NCBI GenBank assembly: GCA_017554125.1
Contig: JAFZIW010000138.1
Location: 1-54,971 of the forward strand
Origin: Clostridia bacterium
GTDB lineage: Bacteria > Bacillota > Clostridia > Oscillospirales > Acutalibacteraceae
Length of the DNA: 54,971 nt
Reading direction: 5' to 3'
Part shown: positions 1 to 9,040 of the stretch, in pieces
Numbering within the stretch: the stretch's first letter is position 1
Layout of the letters: the number at the start of each line of letters is the position of its first letter
The notes under the pieces: model-generated
What the model saw: only the letters and a program-made list of their open reading frames with translations
Told to the model about the DNA's origin: nothing
The model's database searches: none
Made by a program: the position numbers and the translations under genes

Positions 1-1
1 C

Positions 2-631
2 AGAGTTTCAGTCCGGGTTTACTCTTATCCCGATTACGATTTTTATTGGAATAAATATGACGGTACCTTTGTGACCGCCACGATAAACGGTCAGTCCGCG
101 GATCTTTTCGGCACCTGCAACGCGTTTGAACACGGTGTTCAGGCCACCTTCACCTGCACAGGCACAACACCGAAATATTCGGTATCGGGAACGGTTAAGA
201 GCTTAGGGGACGCAAATAGGAACGTCGTTCTGCAGCTTATTCCGGAGGGCGAGAGCAACCCCGCATTTGAGATCACACGTACCGGATTGGAAACGGGCTA
301 TTACTTTGAAAACGTTCCGGTAGGCACCTACACGTTAAAGGCAATGAAGGAAGGGCATAACGACGCGCAGTATACGATCACGGTGACTAACAGCTCGGTT
401 ACAAAAGATATAATACTGCAGCTTGCGGGCGGCGCTCATACCCCCGGCGATATCAACGGCGACGGTGCGGTCAACAATAAAGACCTTACCCGCCTGTTCC
501 AGTATTTAAGCGATTGGGACGTAAGCGTTAATGCCGCGGCGCTTGACGTTAACGGCGACGGAAACGTAAACAACAAAGACTTAACCAGACTCTTCCAGTA
601 TCTTAGCGACTGGGACGTACAAATCTTCTGA
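2..631 (+). CDS. Dockerin-domain secreted protein, C-terminal part (5' end lies outside the window)
   Basis: The frame is open from nt 2 with no stop before the first GTG at 71, so the gene is 5'-truncated. Two dockerin type I segments, D[IV]NGDG.VNNKDLTRLFQYLSDWDV, lie at nt 449-523 and 545-619. The preceding part (GTYTLKAMKEGH..YTITV) looks like a CarboxypepD_reg-like beta-sandwich. Stop TGA at 629-631. Confidence 0.8.
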   Translation, partial: RVSVRVYSYPDYDFYWNKYDGTFVTATINGQSADLFGTCNAFEHGVQATFTCTGTTPKYSVSGTVKSLGDANRNVVLQLIPEGESNPAFEITRTGLETGYYFENVPVGTYTLKAMKEGHNDAQYTITVTNSSVTKDIILQLAGGAHTPGDINGDGAVNNKDLTRLFQYLSDWDVSVNAAALDVNGDGNVNNKDLTRLFQYLSDWDVQIF

Positions 632-635
632 TAAA

Positions 636-668
636 ACGGGTGACTGCCGAGGCAGTCACCCGTTTTTC
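636..668 (+). terminator. Intrinsic terminator of the dockerin gene
   Basis: acgggtgactgcc (636-648) pairs perfectly with ggcagtcacccgt (651-663), followed by TTTT. Confidence 0.8.
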
Positions 669-717
669 GGTATACGGTTTGCGACGATTCATATATCAGA
701 TGGCAGAGGACGGATAA

Positions 718-750
718 AGAAATCCGGAGGTATTCCCCTCCGGATTTCTT
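718..750 (-). terminator. Probable terminator downstream of the LRR gene / rnf operon
   Basis: Hairpin aatccggagg (721-730) / cctccggatt (737-746). On the minus strand it is followed by a T-rich tract, just past the stop at 762. Confidence 0.45.
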
Positions 751-761
751 GTCGGTCATTT

Positions 762-2144
762 CTATCTGTCGTACTTACTGAACGATTCGCTGAGTTCTGT
801 ACAGTTTTTATCGTGAAACATACCTATCATGGCAAAATACCGCTCATGTGTGCGCCAGCCCTGGTCTACCGAGCCCTTACCCTCGACTACTATTTTAGCG
901 TCCGGGTGGCGTTCGCGCAAGGTGTTTAACTGGTCCGCCGGAATCGGAGTATGCTCTATCCATATACGTTCGAGCATCGGCAAATCGTAAAGCGGCGAAA
1001 TATCTCTCACGTTATGAAGATAACTCACGTTCGCGTCGACAAGCTCTTTGCAGGAGGCGAGAGGCGAAAGGTCTTTAAGAAGATGGCTGTTTACGAACAG
1101 TTCTATGTAATGCAAATGCTTCATCTTCGCCACGGGAGTAAGGTCGGATACCTGATTATCCGCGAGAATGAGTATGCGAAGCTGCGGCAGGTAATCGCCG
1201 AGCACCGAAATATCGGTGACCGCCTGGTGACCGATATCGAGCGCCTGCAGGTCGGTACAGTATTTCAGTACCTCGATATCCTTTGACGTCAGCCGCGTAT
1301 GGCTGTAATCGTATATGAGCACGGAAAACGCGACGGCGTCGGTTTTAAGCGACCAGCGTCCCATATGTATACGCCATACGACCTTAACGCCGGGCAAATC
1401 GGAACGCAAAGCGTCCATTTCCTCATTGGTCGCGCCGCAGTCCGACATATCGAGCCGTTCAAGCTTGGTGAACAGCGGGACGTACTGACGCATCAGGTCG
1501 GGCGTCGCCCGTTTGTTGCCCGAAAGGTCAAGGTCGGTTATATCCGAACTGTAACTTTGTCCGAGAAGCTCTATTTCCCAACCGAATTTCACTTCCGGGA
1601 ATTCATTTACAAGGGCGGTCTGTTCTTCAAAGGTCAAACTCTTTCCGTGCAGATTAACTTCACGTATATTCGGCAATTTTTTAAGCGCCGCGGAAAGCTC
1701 GGTAACGTCGCCGATATCCTTTCCCGATAAATCGAGGTCGGCGGCCATTCTCGGTACGAGCTCGCCGTATATCGGAACGTAGCATTTATAGTGAATACGC
1801 ACGCCGTACAGCCCGTTTATCAGCTTTTGTTCCTCATCCGCCAAAACCGGGTATTCGCCGAGCTCGAGCTTTTCGAGCTTGGTAAACGGCGCGAGGTTGT
1901 CGAGTAACTCGCCGACCGAAGCAATATCGGCGCCGGTAAGGTCGATTTCTCTCGCGTCGACGTTAATTTTTTGACCGTAAATTTCTATCGGCCTCGTCGA
2001 GTAATAATATACCGCCGCTACCGAGCCGGTGATAAGTACGGCGGCTATAAAACGCAGCAAAAGAAAAAGTATCTTCCTGCGCTTTTGCTTCGCGCGTACC
2101 GTCGCCGGGTCGTTTGACGGTCTTAAATGTTTAGCTTCCGACAT
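762..2144 (-). CDS. Membrane-anchored leucine-rich-repeat (LRR) protein
   Basis: 460 aa. Basic N-terminus followed by one TM helix (ILFLLLRFIAAVLITGSVAAVYYY), then repeated L..L.L..N/D..I.D.S.L motifs (LDLSGKDIGDVTEL, LDIGHQAVTDISVL, LILADNQVSDLTPV). The ATG at 2144 overlaps the rnfB stop by 14 nt. Confidence 0.7.
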   Translation of the reverse strand: MSEAKHLRPSNDPATVRAKQKRRKILFLLLRFIAAVLITGSVAAVYYYSTRPIEIYGQKINVDAREIDLTGADIASVGELLDNLAPFTKLEKLELGEYPVLADEEQKLINGLYGVRIHYKCYVPIYGELVPRMAADLDLSGKDIGDVTELSAALKKLPNIREVNLHGKSLTFEEQTALVNEFPEVKFGWEIELLGQSYSSDITDLDLSGNKRATPDLMRQYVPLFTKLERLDMSDCGATNEEMDALRSDLPGVKVVWRIHMGRWSLKTDAVAFSVLIYDYSHTRLTSKDIEVLKYCTDLQALDIGHQAVTDISVLGDYLPQLRILILADNQVSDLTPVAKMKHLHYIELFVNSHLLKDLSPLASCKELVDANVSYLHNVRDISPLYDLPMLERIWIEHTPIPADQLNTLRERHPDAKIVVEGKGSVDQGWRTHERYFAMIGMFHDKNCTELSESFSKYDR

Positions 2145-2919
2145 CGATTATCGCCTTTCTCGGACAGTCGTCCTTGCATTTGCCGCAGGCGGTGCAAATC
2201 GAGTAATCAATGACCGCAACGTTATCTACGACCTTAATAGCGCCTGCTTCGCAACCGCGTTCGCATTTGCCGCAACCGATACAGGAGACTTCGCAAACCT
2301 TCGTAACCAACGGACCTTTTCTCCGGTTGGAGCAGTTGACCCTTATTTTCGAGTCTTTCGGTATGATTTTAATTACCGATTTAGGGCAGACCGAGGCGCA
2401 TTTGCCGCAGCCGCCGCAGATATCCTCGCAAACGACGGGAACGCCGTCTTTAAGCTTTATAGCGCCGAAAGCACAGGCGCGCACACAGTCGCCGAAGCCT
2501 AAGCATCCGAATTCGCAGGCGATAGGACCGCCGCCGGCGAGAGACGCCGCCGCGCAGGTGTTAAAGCCGGTGTATTCGAAGATTGTTTTGACCTTGTCCG
2601 GTCTGCCGCCGCAGGCGACAAAGGCAACGTTTTTCTGCGCGGTAACGGTGACGCCGAGTATTTCGCCGAGCGCCTTGGCGGTATTTTCGCCGCCGGGAGC
2701 GCATTTGTCCGGTTCGGCTTCGCCGGCGGCAAGCGCGGCGGCATAACCGTCGCAACCGCTGAAACCGCAGGCGCCGCAATTTGCGCCGGGCAGACATTCT
2801 CTTATTTTGCTTTGCTTTTCATCGACCGGCACGCTCATAAACTTATCCGCAAAGGTAAGTCCGAGACCTAAAATAATGCCGATAGCCAAAACGATTATAA
2901 CAGGTATGAGTATTTCCAA
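2131..2919 (-). CDS. rnfB: Rnf electron-transport complex subunit B (polyferredoxin)
   Basis: N-terminal TM helix, a CxxCGxxGC cluster and several CxxCxxCxxxCP 4Fe-4S motifs. Last gene of the rnfCDGEAB order. TTG start at 2919 with AGGGGG 9 nt upstream. Confidence 0.9.
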   Translation of the reverse strand: MEILIPVIIVLAIGIILGLGLTFADKFMSVPVDEKQSKIRECLPGANCGACGFSGCDGYAAALAAGEAEPDKCAPGGENTAKALGEILGVTVTAQKNVAFVACGGRPDKVKTIFEYTGFNTCAAASLAGGGPIACEFGCLGFGDCVRACAFGAIKLKDGVPVVCEDICGGCGKCASVCPKSVIKIIPKDSKIRVNCSNRRKGPLVTKVCEVSCIGCGKCERGCEAGAIKVVDNVAVIDYSICTACGKCKDDCPRKAIIDVGS

Positions 2920-2923
2920 AGTC

Positions 2924-3508
2924 TTAACCCCCTATTCCGGCAAAGCCCAGGAAAGCCAGCGACACGAGTGCCGCCGCTATAAGCGTTATGGGCAGACCCT
3001 TTAAGAATTCGGGAACGTCCGCGTCGTCAAGCTTCTGTCTTACTCCAGCGAACAGCACCATTGCGAGCATAAATCCGATACCCGCCGCGAATGCGCTTAC
3101 GAGCGAAGAAAGAAAACCGCGTTCGTTCTGAATGTTCAGCATGGTAATACCTAAAACCGCGCAGTTGGTGGTTATCAGCGGCAAATAGATACCGAGCGCG
3201 TTGTATATCGGCTTGATATACTTTTTAAGCACCATTTCGATAAGCTGTACCAAAGCGGCTATAACGAGTATGAATACAACCGTTTCAAGATAGGTGTATT
3301 TCGGATAAAGCAAATAATGATATATCGGATGAGTTACCGCGGTGGCGGCGACCATTACGAGAGTTACCGCAACGCTCATTGAAAACGCGGTGCCGATTTT
3401 TTTGGAAACGCCGAGGAACGGACATATACCCAAAAATTTTGAAAGCACCATGTTGTTGGTGAGTATTCCGGCGAGCATGATAAGACAAACTGCGGTAAGC
3501 TTACTCAT
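2924..3508 (-). CDS. rnfA: Rnf complex subunit A
   Basis: 194-aa polytopic membrane protein with NNMVLSKFLGICPFLGVSKK, matching the RnfA/RsxA signature. Confidence 0.92.
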   Translation of the reverse strand: MSKLTAVCLIMLAGILTNNMVLSKFLGICPFLGVSKKIGTAFSMSVAVTLVMVAATAVTHPIYHYLLYPKYTYLETVVFILVIAALVQLIEMVLKKYIKPIYNALGIYLPLITTNCAVLGITMLNIQNERGFLSSLVSAFAAGIGFMLAMVLFAGVRQKLDDADVPEFLKGLPITLIAAALVSLAFLGFAGIGG

Positions 3509-4196
3509 TTTCCGCCACCTCCTCGTTTACGGTTTCGCTCTTTTGGCAGATACCTTTTGAGGGACAGTTTTCACAGCCGAGTTTTTCAACCGGCTTCTTG
3601 CCCTGTTTACGCGCTATGGCGTTTGAAACCGCCACAAGAATACCGAATACGAAAAATCCGCCGGGCGGGAGCAGGAATACTATCATGGGGCTTATATAAC
3701 GCGAGGTTATCGGGAACGCGAAGAGCGTGCCCGCGCCGAGAAGCTCGCGTATAGCGCCCATAACTGTTATTACCGCCGTAAATCCGAGACCCATACCGAG
3801 TCCGTCAAGCAAACTCGGAAGTACCGGGTTTTTAGAGGCGAACGCCTCCGCGCGCCCGAGTATTATGCAGTTTACGACTATCAGTGGCAGGTAAATACCG
3901 AGCGCCGCGTCGAGCGAGGGCGTAAATGCTTTTACAAGCATTTGCACCACGCTTACGAAACCGGCGATAATGGTTATGAACGCCGGTATTCTCACCTTGT
4001 CCGGAATGATATTGCGAAGCGCCGCTATAACGACGTTTGAGCATATCAGCACCAGCGTCGCCGCGAGTCCCATACCGATACCGTTTATCGCGGCGGTGGT
4101 TATGGCGAGCGTCGGGCAGGTGCCGAGCACCAGGCGAAGAGTCGGGTTTTCTTTGAGTAAGCCGTTTGTAAAAATGCTTAAATTTTTATTCTTCAC
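3501..4196 (-). CDS. rnfE: Rnf complex subunit E
   Basis: LVLGTCPTLAITT...LGIYLPLIVVNCIILGRAEAFA matches RnfE/RsxE. GTG start overlaps the rnfG stop. Confidence 0.9.
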   Translation of the reverse strand: MKNKNLSIFTNGLLKENPTLRLVLGTCPTLAITTAAINGIGMGLAATLVLICSNVVIAALRNIIPDKVRIPAFITIIAGFVSVVQMLVKAFTPSLDAALGIYLPLIVVNCIILGRAEAFASKNPVLPSLLDGLGMGLGFTAVITVMGAIRELLGAGTLFAFPITSRYISPMIVFLLPPGGFFVFGILVAVSNAIARKQGKKPVEKLGCENCPSKGICQKSETVNEEVAENE

Positions 4197-4770
4197 TTGT
4201 CTTGCCCTCCTCTTCCGTTTTGATTACCGCGTTGCCAAGAGCAATCGCGCTGTTTACCGCTTTCGTTACGGCGGTCGACGTTATTGTGGCGCCCGTAACG
4301 GCTTCTATTTCGCCGTCTTCGGGATTCGATTTGACTACGCTGAGATTTCCGGATTTTCCGGCGTACTGACCGTAAAACTCCTCTTTTGCGGCATTCTGAC
4401 CGAGTCCCGGGGTCTCGCTCGATACATCGAGCACTTCAACCGCCTTTACCGTCTTATCCGGCAGTATGGCGGTCATAACTTCCACCTTGCCGCCGTAACC
4501 GTTCGTCGAGGTTATGAAAATATACCCTTTGATTTCATCGGAATCGCTCGCAACGTAATAGGTGTATTCCTGACTTTTGGTCTTAAAGGTCTTTTCTTCG
4601 TAGGTTTCGGCTTTAAGTACCCGTGACATCGCTTTTTCCCGGTTTTGCTTGCTTATTTCCTCAATTTTCTTTTCGGTTATCATATTGGTTGAACTTAGCG
4701 CCAACGAAACCACAAGGCAAATCGCCGTAAGTATCATTACCGGGTATAGAAATTTGAAAATTTTACGCAT
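4186..4770 (-). CDS. rnfG: Rnf complex subunit G (FMN-binding)
   Basis: N-terminal TM anchor plus an FMN_bind-type motif (VTGATITSTAV). Its position in the operon fits. Confidence 0.88.
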   Translation of the reverse strand: MRKIFKFLYPVMILTAICLVVSLALSSTNMITEKKIEEISKQNREKAMSRVLKAETYEEKTFKTKSQEYTYYVASDSDEIKGYIFITSTNGYGGKVEVMTAILPDKTVKAVEVLDVSSETPGLGQNAAKEEFYGQYAGKSGNLSVVKSNPEDGEIEAVTGATITSTAVTKAVNSAIALGNAVIKTEEEGKTSEE

Positions 4771-5695
4771 CTTCCTTTACCTCCTTTTTGAAACCGAAGG
4801 GGTGGGAAAGAGGTATACGGTTGATAAGCGGGGTTATTATATTCATTATCAGTATCGCGTAGGATACGCCCTCGGGAAGCGAGGCAAAGCGGCGTATTAC
4901 AAACGTTATAATACCGCAGCCGATACCGAAGATAAGCTTGCCGAGGTTTGAAGTCGGGCTGGTTACGTAATCGGTAGCCATAAATATCGCGCCGAGCATA
5001 AGTCCGCCCGTAAGTATGTATCTTAACGGGTCTTCGCCGAAAGCCCAGCCGAAAAGCGCCACCGTTCCGATAAACGAAGCCGGAATAATCGGGTTAATGA
5101 CACGAAGCAGTATAAGCACCAGTCCGCCTATAAGAAGCAGACAGGCGCTCGTTTCGCCGATACATCCCGCGTGGGTGCCGAGAAACAGTTTCAGAATCGG
5201 CGTACCCGTCGGGTTGGCGAGGGGAGTGGCGGAGGTTACGGTATCTACCGAGCTTCTGAGCGGTTCGCTGTAACTTACCATGGCGCTCGGGAACGATACG
5301 AGCAATATTATGCGCGCGGCAATCGCGGGGTTTGCAAAGTTGTAACCGAGCCCGCCGAACATTTGCTTAACGACGATTATCGCGGCGACGCTTCCTATCG
5401 CGGCTATCCATAAAGGTACGTTGGGGCTTAAATTCATGCCGAGAAGAAGTCCCGTTACCACCGCCGAAAAATCGCCTACCGTCTGCGGCTTTTTAAGCAG
5501 CAGATTCCATATAAATTCAGCCGCTACGGCGGTAATAACCGTAGTAAGCAGAACGAAAACCGCGCGAATACCGAACAGTATACAGCCGAACACCGCCGCG
5601 GGCATAAGCGCGAAAGCGACGTTGAACATAATGCCGGCGGTCGAATCTTCATGCCTTATATGCGGTGAGGATGCGGCTTTAAGTAAATTGCTCAT
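4763..5695 (-). CDS. rnfD: Rnf complex subunit D
   Basis: Polytopic NqrB/RnfD-like membrane protein. I place the start at the internal ATG 5693-5695 (MSNLLKAASSPHI), which forms an ATGA overlap with the rnfC stop. The longer track ORF (to 5893) would run 200 nt into rnfC. Confidence 0.85.
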   Translation of the reverse strand: MSNLLKAASSPHIRHEDSTAGIMFNVAFALMPAAVFGCILFGIRAVFVLLTTVITAVAAEFIWNLLLKKPQTVGDFSAVVTGLLLGMNLSPNVPLWIAAIGSVAAIIVVKQMFGGLGYNFANPAIAARIILLVSFPSAMVSYSEPLRSSVDTVTSATPLANPTGTPILKLFLGTHAGCIGETSACLLLIGGLVLILLRVINPIIPASFIGTVALFGWAFGEDPLRYILTGGLMLGAIFMATDYVTSPTSNLGKLIFGIGCGIITFVIRRFASLPEGVSYAILIMNIITPLINRIPLSHPFGFKKEVKEDA

Positions 5696-7029
5696 TTTTT
5701 CTGCCTCCTTAACTCGCCTTTGGCGATTCTCATAACTTCGGTCAGCGGTCGTCTTGCCGGGCAAATGAACGAGCAACTGCCGCACTCTATACAGTAATTG
5801 ACGTTGAGTTTTTCGTACGCCGCGGTATCGCCCTTTCGGTAAGCGGTTTCGACCTTCGCCGGAGTAAGATTCATCGGACACGTGCGCTGACATCTTCCGC
5901 AGCGTATGCAGGCGGTGCGCCGGTAATCGCGCTCGTCTTTATCCATAATAAGCAGGGCGTTTGTACGCTTTTCTATCACCGCGTCGATATTTGATACCGG
6001 CTGACCCATCATCGGTCCGCCCATTATTATCCTGCCGACGTTTTCGGGGTCAATACCCATATAGTCGAGAACGTCTTTTATGGGTGTTCCGATAGGCACC
6101 GTAAGATTCTTCGGGTTGCCTACCGCCGAGCCGTCAACCGTTATACGTTTTGCGACAAGCGGCATACCGGTCGTTATAAAATCGTAAAGCTTAGCGAGGC
6201 TCGTGACGTTCATTACTATACAGCCGACGTCGCTCGGCAGTTTTCCGAGCGGGACTTTTCTGCCGGTGGCGGAATAGATTATGACCTTTTCCGCGCCCTG
6301 CGGGTAGGTCGAAGGAAGCTTCATGAGCTTTACGGTATCTTCCACATCAAGCTTGTTCGCCGCAACTTCCATAAGCGCCTTTATGGCTTTCGGCTTGTTG
6401 TTTTCAACGCAGATGACGATTTTTTTGAAGCCGAATTTATCTCTTAACAGATAGGTTGCCGCGATTATACCGTCGACGTTTTCCATACACTCTCTGTAAT
6501 CGGCGGTAATATACGGCTCGCATTCGGCGGCGTTTATTATAAGCGTGTCTATTTCGGCGTCCTTCGCCGGCGACAGCTTAACGTGAGCCGGGAAACCGGC
6601 GCCGCCGAGACCTACCAGACCGCACGCCTTCGCCGCCGCGGCGATATCCTCCGCGGTGTTTATCACAAAGGGCTTGAGTTCGGGGTCTTTTTCCATCTCG
6701 CCGTCGGATTCTATTTCTATACATTTTACCGCCGCGGTGCCGTTAAGTACCTTATCGGCAACACCCTTTACCGTGCCGGAAACGCTCGAATGTACCGGCG
6801 CGGATACAAAGCCTCCGGCGTCCGCTATAAGCGAACCGACATACACCTTGTCGCCCTTTTTGACGGTGGCGTTAGCCGGGGCGCCTATGTGTTGCGAAAC
6901 GGGTATGAATACCGTTCCGGGCGCCGGCATTGTTTCGGTTTCGGTTTCCGCGGTGTTCTTGAAATGCGGCAAATGTGCTCCGCCGTGGATTTTACCTACG
7001 GGGCGCAGTGCCTTCTCCTTTGTTTCCAT
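5692..7029 (-). CDS. rnfC: Rnf complex subunit C
   Basis: GGAGFP nucleotide/FMN motif and two C-terminal 4Fe-4S motifs (CIRCGRCQRTCP, CIECGSCSFICP). The ATG at 7029 is preceded by GGAGG; the track ORF start at 7092 has no RBS. Confidence 0.9.
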   Translation of the reverse strand: METKEKALRPVGKIHGGAHLPHFKNTAETETETMPAPGTVFIPVSQHIGAPANATVKKGDKVYVGSLIADAGGFVSAPVHSSVSGTVKGVADKVLNGTAAVKCIEIESDGEMEKDPELKPFVINTAEDIAAAAKACGLVGLGGAGFPAHVKLSPAKDAEIDTLIINAAECEPYITADYRECMENVDGIIAATYLLRDKFGFKKIVICVENNKPKAIKALMEVAANKLDVEDTVKLMKLPSTYPQGAEKVIIYSATGRKVPLGKLPSDVGCIVMNVTSLAKLYDFITTGMPLVAKRITVDGSAVGNPKNLTVPIGTPIKDVLDYMGIDPENVGRIIMGGPMMGQPVSNIDAVIEKRTNALLIMDKDERDYRRTACIRCGRCQRTCPMNLTPAKVETAYRKGDTAAYEKLNVNYCIECGSCSFICPARRPLTEVMRIAKGELRRQKK

Positions 7030-7211
7030 TTTCGGCCTCCCAAACTGAAAATCATTAAACTTTATTATACAACCGTCTACTATATAATACAAGTAAATTG
7101 TCGAAAAAACATTGGCGAATTTTTAACAATATAGACGTTACTGTTTTAGTTGCAAATTAGAACAATATATGTTAATATAATAGAATAGCAAATGGGAAAG
7201 GAGAGCGGCGT

Positions 7212-8750
7212 ATGAAAAAAAGCATTAAAGACAAGCGCGGTATACCGATACCCACCAGAATAGCGGTATCCGGTATCGTGCTGATTCTCCAGTTGGCTGT
7301 TATATTCGTTACGCTCAGAACGCTTTCCGACCGGTTTGTCGTGATTTACACGGTATCCGAGATCCTCGCCATACTTACGGTTATTTATATTGTGAACCGC
7401 AGGGGAAATCCGAGTTACAAAATGGCGTGGATAGTCTTTATTCTCGCCGTTCCGATTTTCGGTATAACGATTTTTATGCTTTACGGCGGCAGAAGAGTAA
7501 TGCCTCACTTAAAGCGAAAAATGCGCCAGTGCGAATCGAACAATATGCCGTTCTTAAAATTCGAGGCGGATGTTCTCGAAGACTTAAAACGCGACGATTA
7601 TCCCCATTTCCGCCAGGCGGAATACCTTTCGAGGGAATCGGGATATCCGCTTTATAAAAACACGTCGGTTGAGTATCTTTCACCCGGCGAGGTATTTCTT
7701 CCGCGCTTTCTTGAAGAACTCGAAAAAGCGCAAAAATATATATTCCTCGAATTTTTTATCGTCGCCGAGGGCGTGATGTTCAATTCGATTTATCAGATAC
7801 TTTGCCGCAAAGCGGCGCAGGGCGTGGACGTACGTCTTATGTTCGACGATTTCGGCTCGATAAAAAGACAGCATAAGGATTTTATAGAGCGTCTGCGCCG
7901 AAACGGTATAAAGGTGGCGGTTTTTAATCAGATAAAACCGTCGTTCAGTATTTTCATGAACAACCGTAATCACCGGAAAATCGCCGTTATCGACGGCGAC
8001 ACCGCGGTTACCGGCGGCATAAATCTCGCCGATGAGTATATAAACGCACAGCGCCGTTTCGGCTACTGGATGGACTGCGCGGTTATTCTTAAAGGCGAAG
8101 CGGTTTCGAGCTTTGTGGTAATGTTCTGTAATATGTGGGAATTTACCACGAATCACAAGCTCGAAATCGAGCAGTATCTGACCGATTTTTCGGTCGAGGC
8201 GACCGGATACGTTTTGCCGTACTGTGACGACCCGCTCTCCGATAAAACCGCCGGCGAGGGTATCTATATGAGAATACTCAATTCCGCGCAGGAATATGTT
8301 TATATCATTTCGCCTTATCTCATTATCGATAACACCATGACCGAGGCTATAAAAATGGCGGCGAAGGCGGGTGTTGACGTCCGCATAATAACGCCGCACG
8401 TTCCGGATAAATGGTACGTTCACCCGGTTACGCAGTATAATTACCTCGAACTGCTTGAAGCGGGCGTGAGGATATTTGAGTTTTCTCCCGGGTTTATCCA
8501 CTCAAAGATATTTGTATCGGATGATAAGGTTGCTACCGTCGGTACGGTAAATATGGATTATCGCTCGTTTTCGCTTCACTTTGAATGCGGCGTGTGGTTT
8601 TCGTCAAACTGGGCGGTAGGGGATATAAAGAGCCATTTTGATAAAATACAGTCCATGTCGCGCGAGATTCGGTATTCAAGGTGGCGCAAAACCCCGTGGT
8701 ATACACGGCTTAAAAGAGCAATACTGCACCTTTTTGCTCCATTTATGTAA
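7212..8750 (+). CDS. cls: Cardiolipin synthase (PLD superfamily)
   Basis: Two N-terminal TM helices and two HKD motifs (HRKIAVIDG..GG.NL and HSKIFVSDD..VGT.N). RBS GGAGAG lies upstream. Confidence 0.9.
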   Translation: MKKSIKDKRGIPIPTRIAVSGIVLILQLAVIFVTLRTLSDRFVVIYTVSEILAILTVIYIVNRRGNPSYKMAWIVFILAVPIFGITIFMLYGGRRVMPHLKRKMRQCESNNMPFLKFEADVLEDLKRDDYPHFRQAEYLSRESGYPLYKNTSVEYLSPGEVFLPRFLEELEKAQKYIFLEFFIVAEGVMFNSIYQILCRKAAQGVDVRLMFDDFGSIKRQHKDFIERLRRNGIKVAVFNQIKPSFSIFMNNRNHRKIAVIDGDTAVTGGINLADEYINAQRRFGYWMDCAVILKGEAVSSFVVMFCNMWEFTTNHKLEIEQYLTDFSVEATGYVLPYCDDPLSDKTAGEGIYMRILNSAQEYVYIISPYLIIDNTMTEAIKMAAKAGVDVRIITPHVPDKWYVHPVTQYNYLELLEAGVRIFEFSPGFIHSKIFVSDDKVATVGTVNMDYRSFSLHFECGVWFSSNWAVGDIKSHFDKIQSMSREIRYSRWRKTPWYTRLKRAILHLFAPFM

Positions 8751-8782
8751 AAAGGTGAAAATATTAAACGGAGGTATTTATT

Positions 8783-8932
8783 ATGAAGGGCTTTTTGAAA
8801 TTTTTAGGCGGCGTCGGCGCGTTTCTCGCGGCAATTTTCGGCGCGATCTTCATTTTTGACAGAATATCCAACAAAAACGCGCCGGACGGCGAGTATCTCG
8901 ATTGCAACAAGGATTTATCGGAAGATAAATAA
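8783..8932 (+). CDS. 49-aa predicted membrane micro-protein (below the ORF-track cutoff)
   Basis: ATG at 8783 lies 8 nt after GGAGG (8770-8774). Translation: MKGFLKFLGGVGAFLAAIFGAIFIFDRISNKNAPDGEYLDCNKDLSEDK, one hydrophobic helix plus a charged tail. Stop TAA at 8930-8932. Confidence 0.55.
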   Translation: MKGFLKFLGGVGAFLAAIFGAIFIFDRISNKNAPDGEYLDCNKDLSEDK

Positions 8933-8935
8933 TTC

Positions 8936-8964
8936 TTGACTAATCGGGGTTACCTTGTTATAAT
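8936..8964 (+). promoter_or_regulatory. Sigma-A type promoter of rpsF-ssb-rpsR
   Basis: TTGACT (8936-8941), 17-nt spacer, TATAAT (8959-8964). Confidence 0.65.
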
Positions 8965-9040
8965 ATATTCTGCTATATTTTTAGCTCCTTGCCGCATCGT
9001 GAGGGATGCGGCCAAATGACCGTAAGGAGGTGCAACGAAA
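8965..9040 (+). promoter_or_regulatory. Possible rpsF (S6:S18) autoregulatory leader
   Basis: A 5' UTR of about 75 nt with hairpin ccgcatc-gtgaggg-gatgcgg (about 8991-9011) directly upstream of the AAGGAGG RBS. The assignment rests on position and known S6 operon leaders in Firmicutes. Confidence 0.35.

Noticed and set aside
5696-5893. Long 5' extensions of track ORFs: rnfD to 5893, rnfC to 7092, hup from 20783, lipid kinase from 25059, groES from 26093, rplM to 32571, SBP from 33411, thrS to 49672
   Set aside because: Each extension overlaps the upstream gene, a promoter or the T-box leader. Each also lacks a Shine-Dalgarno, whereas an internal ATG with a good RBS gives the canonical N-terminus of the family.
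7680-8501. Large antisense shadow ORFs inside well-supported genes: 7680-8501, 12845-13573, 19514-19933, 36084-36899, 37205-38119, 45129-45917, 47411-48484, 10330-10827
   Set aside because: They lie entirely opposite confidently identified conserved genes (cls, relA, the flippase, yloV, recG, cobB, licD/thrS, recJ). Their composition is Arg/Phe/Tyr-rich and low in complexity, as is typical of antisense frames. They lack RBSs.
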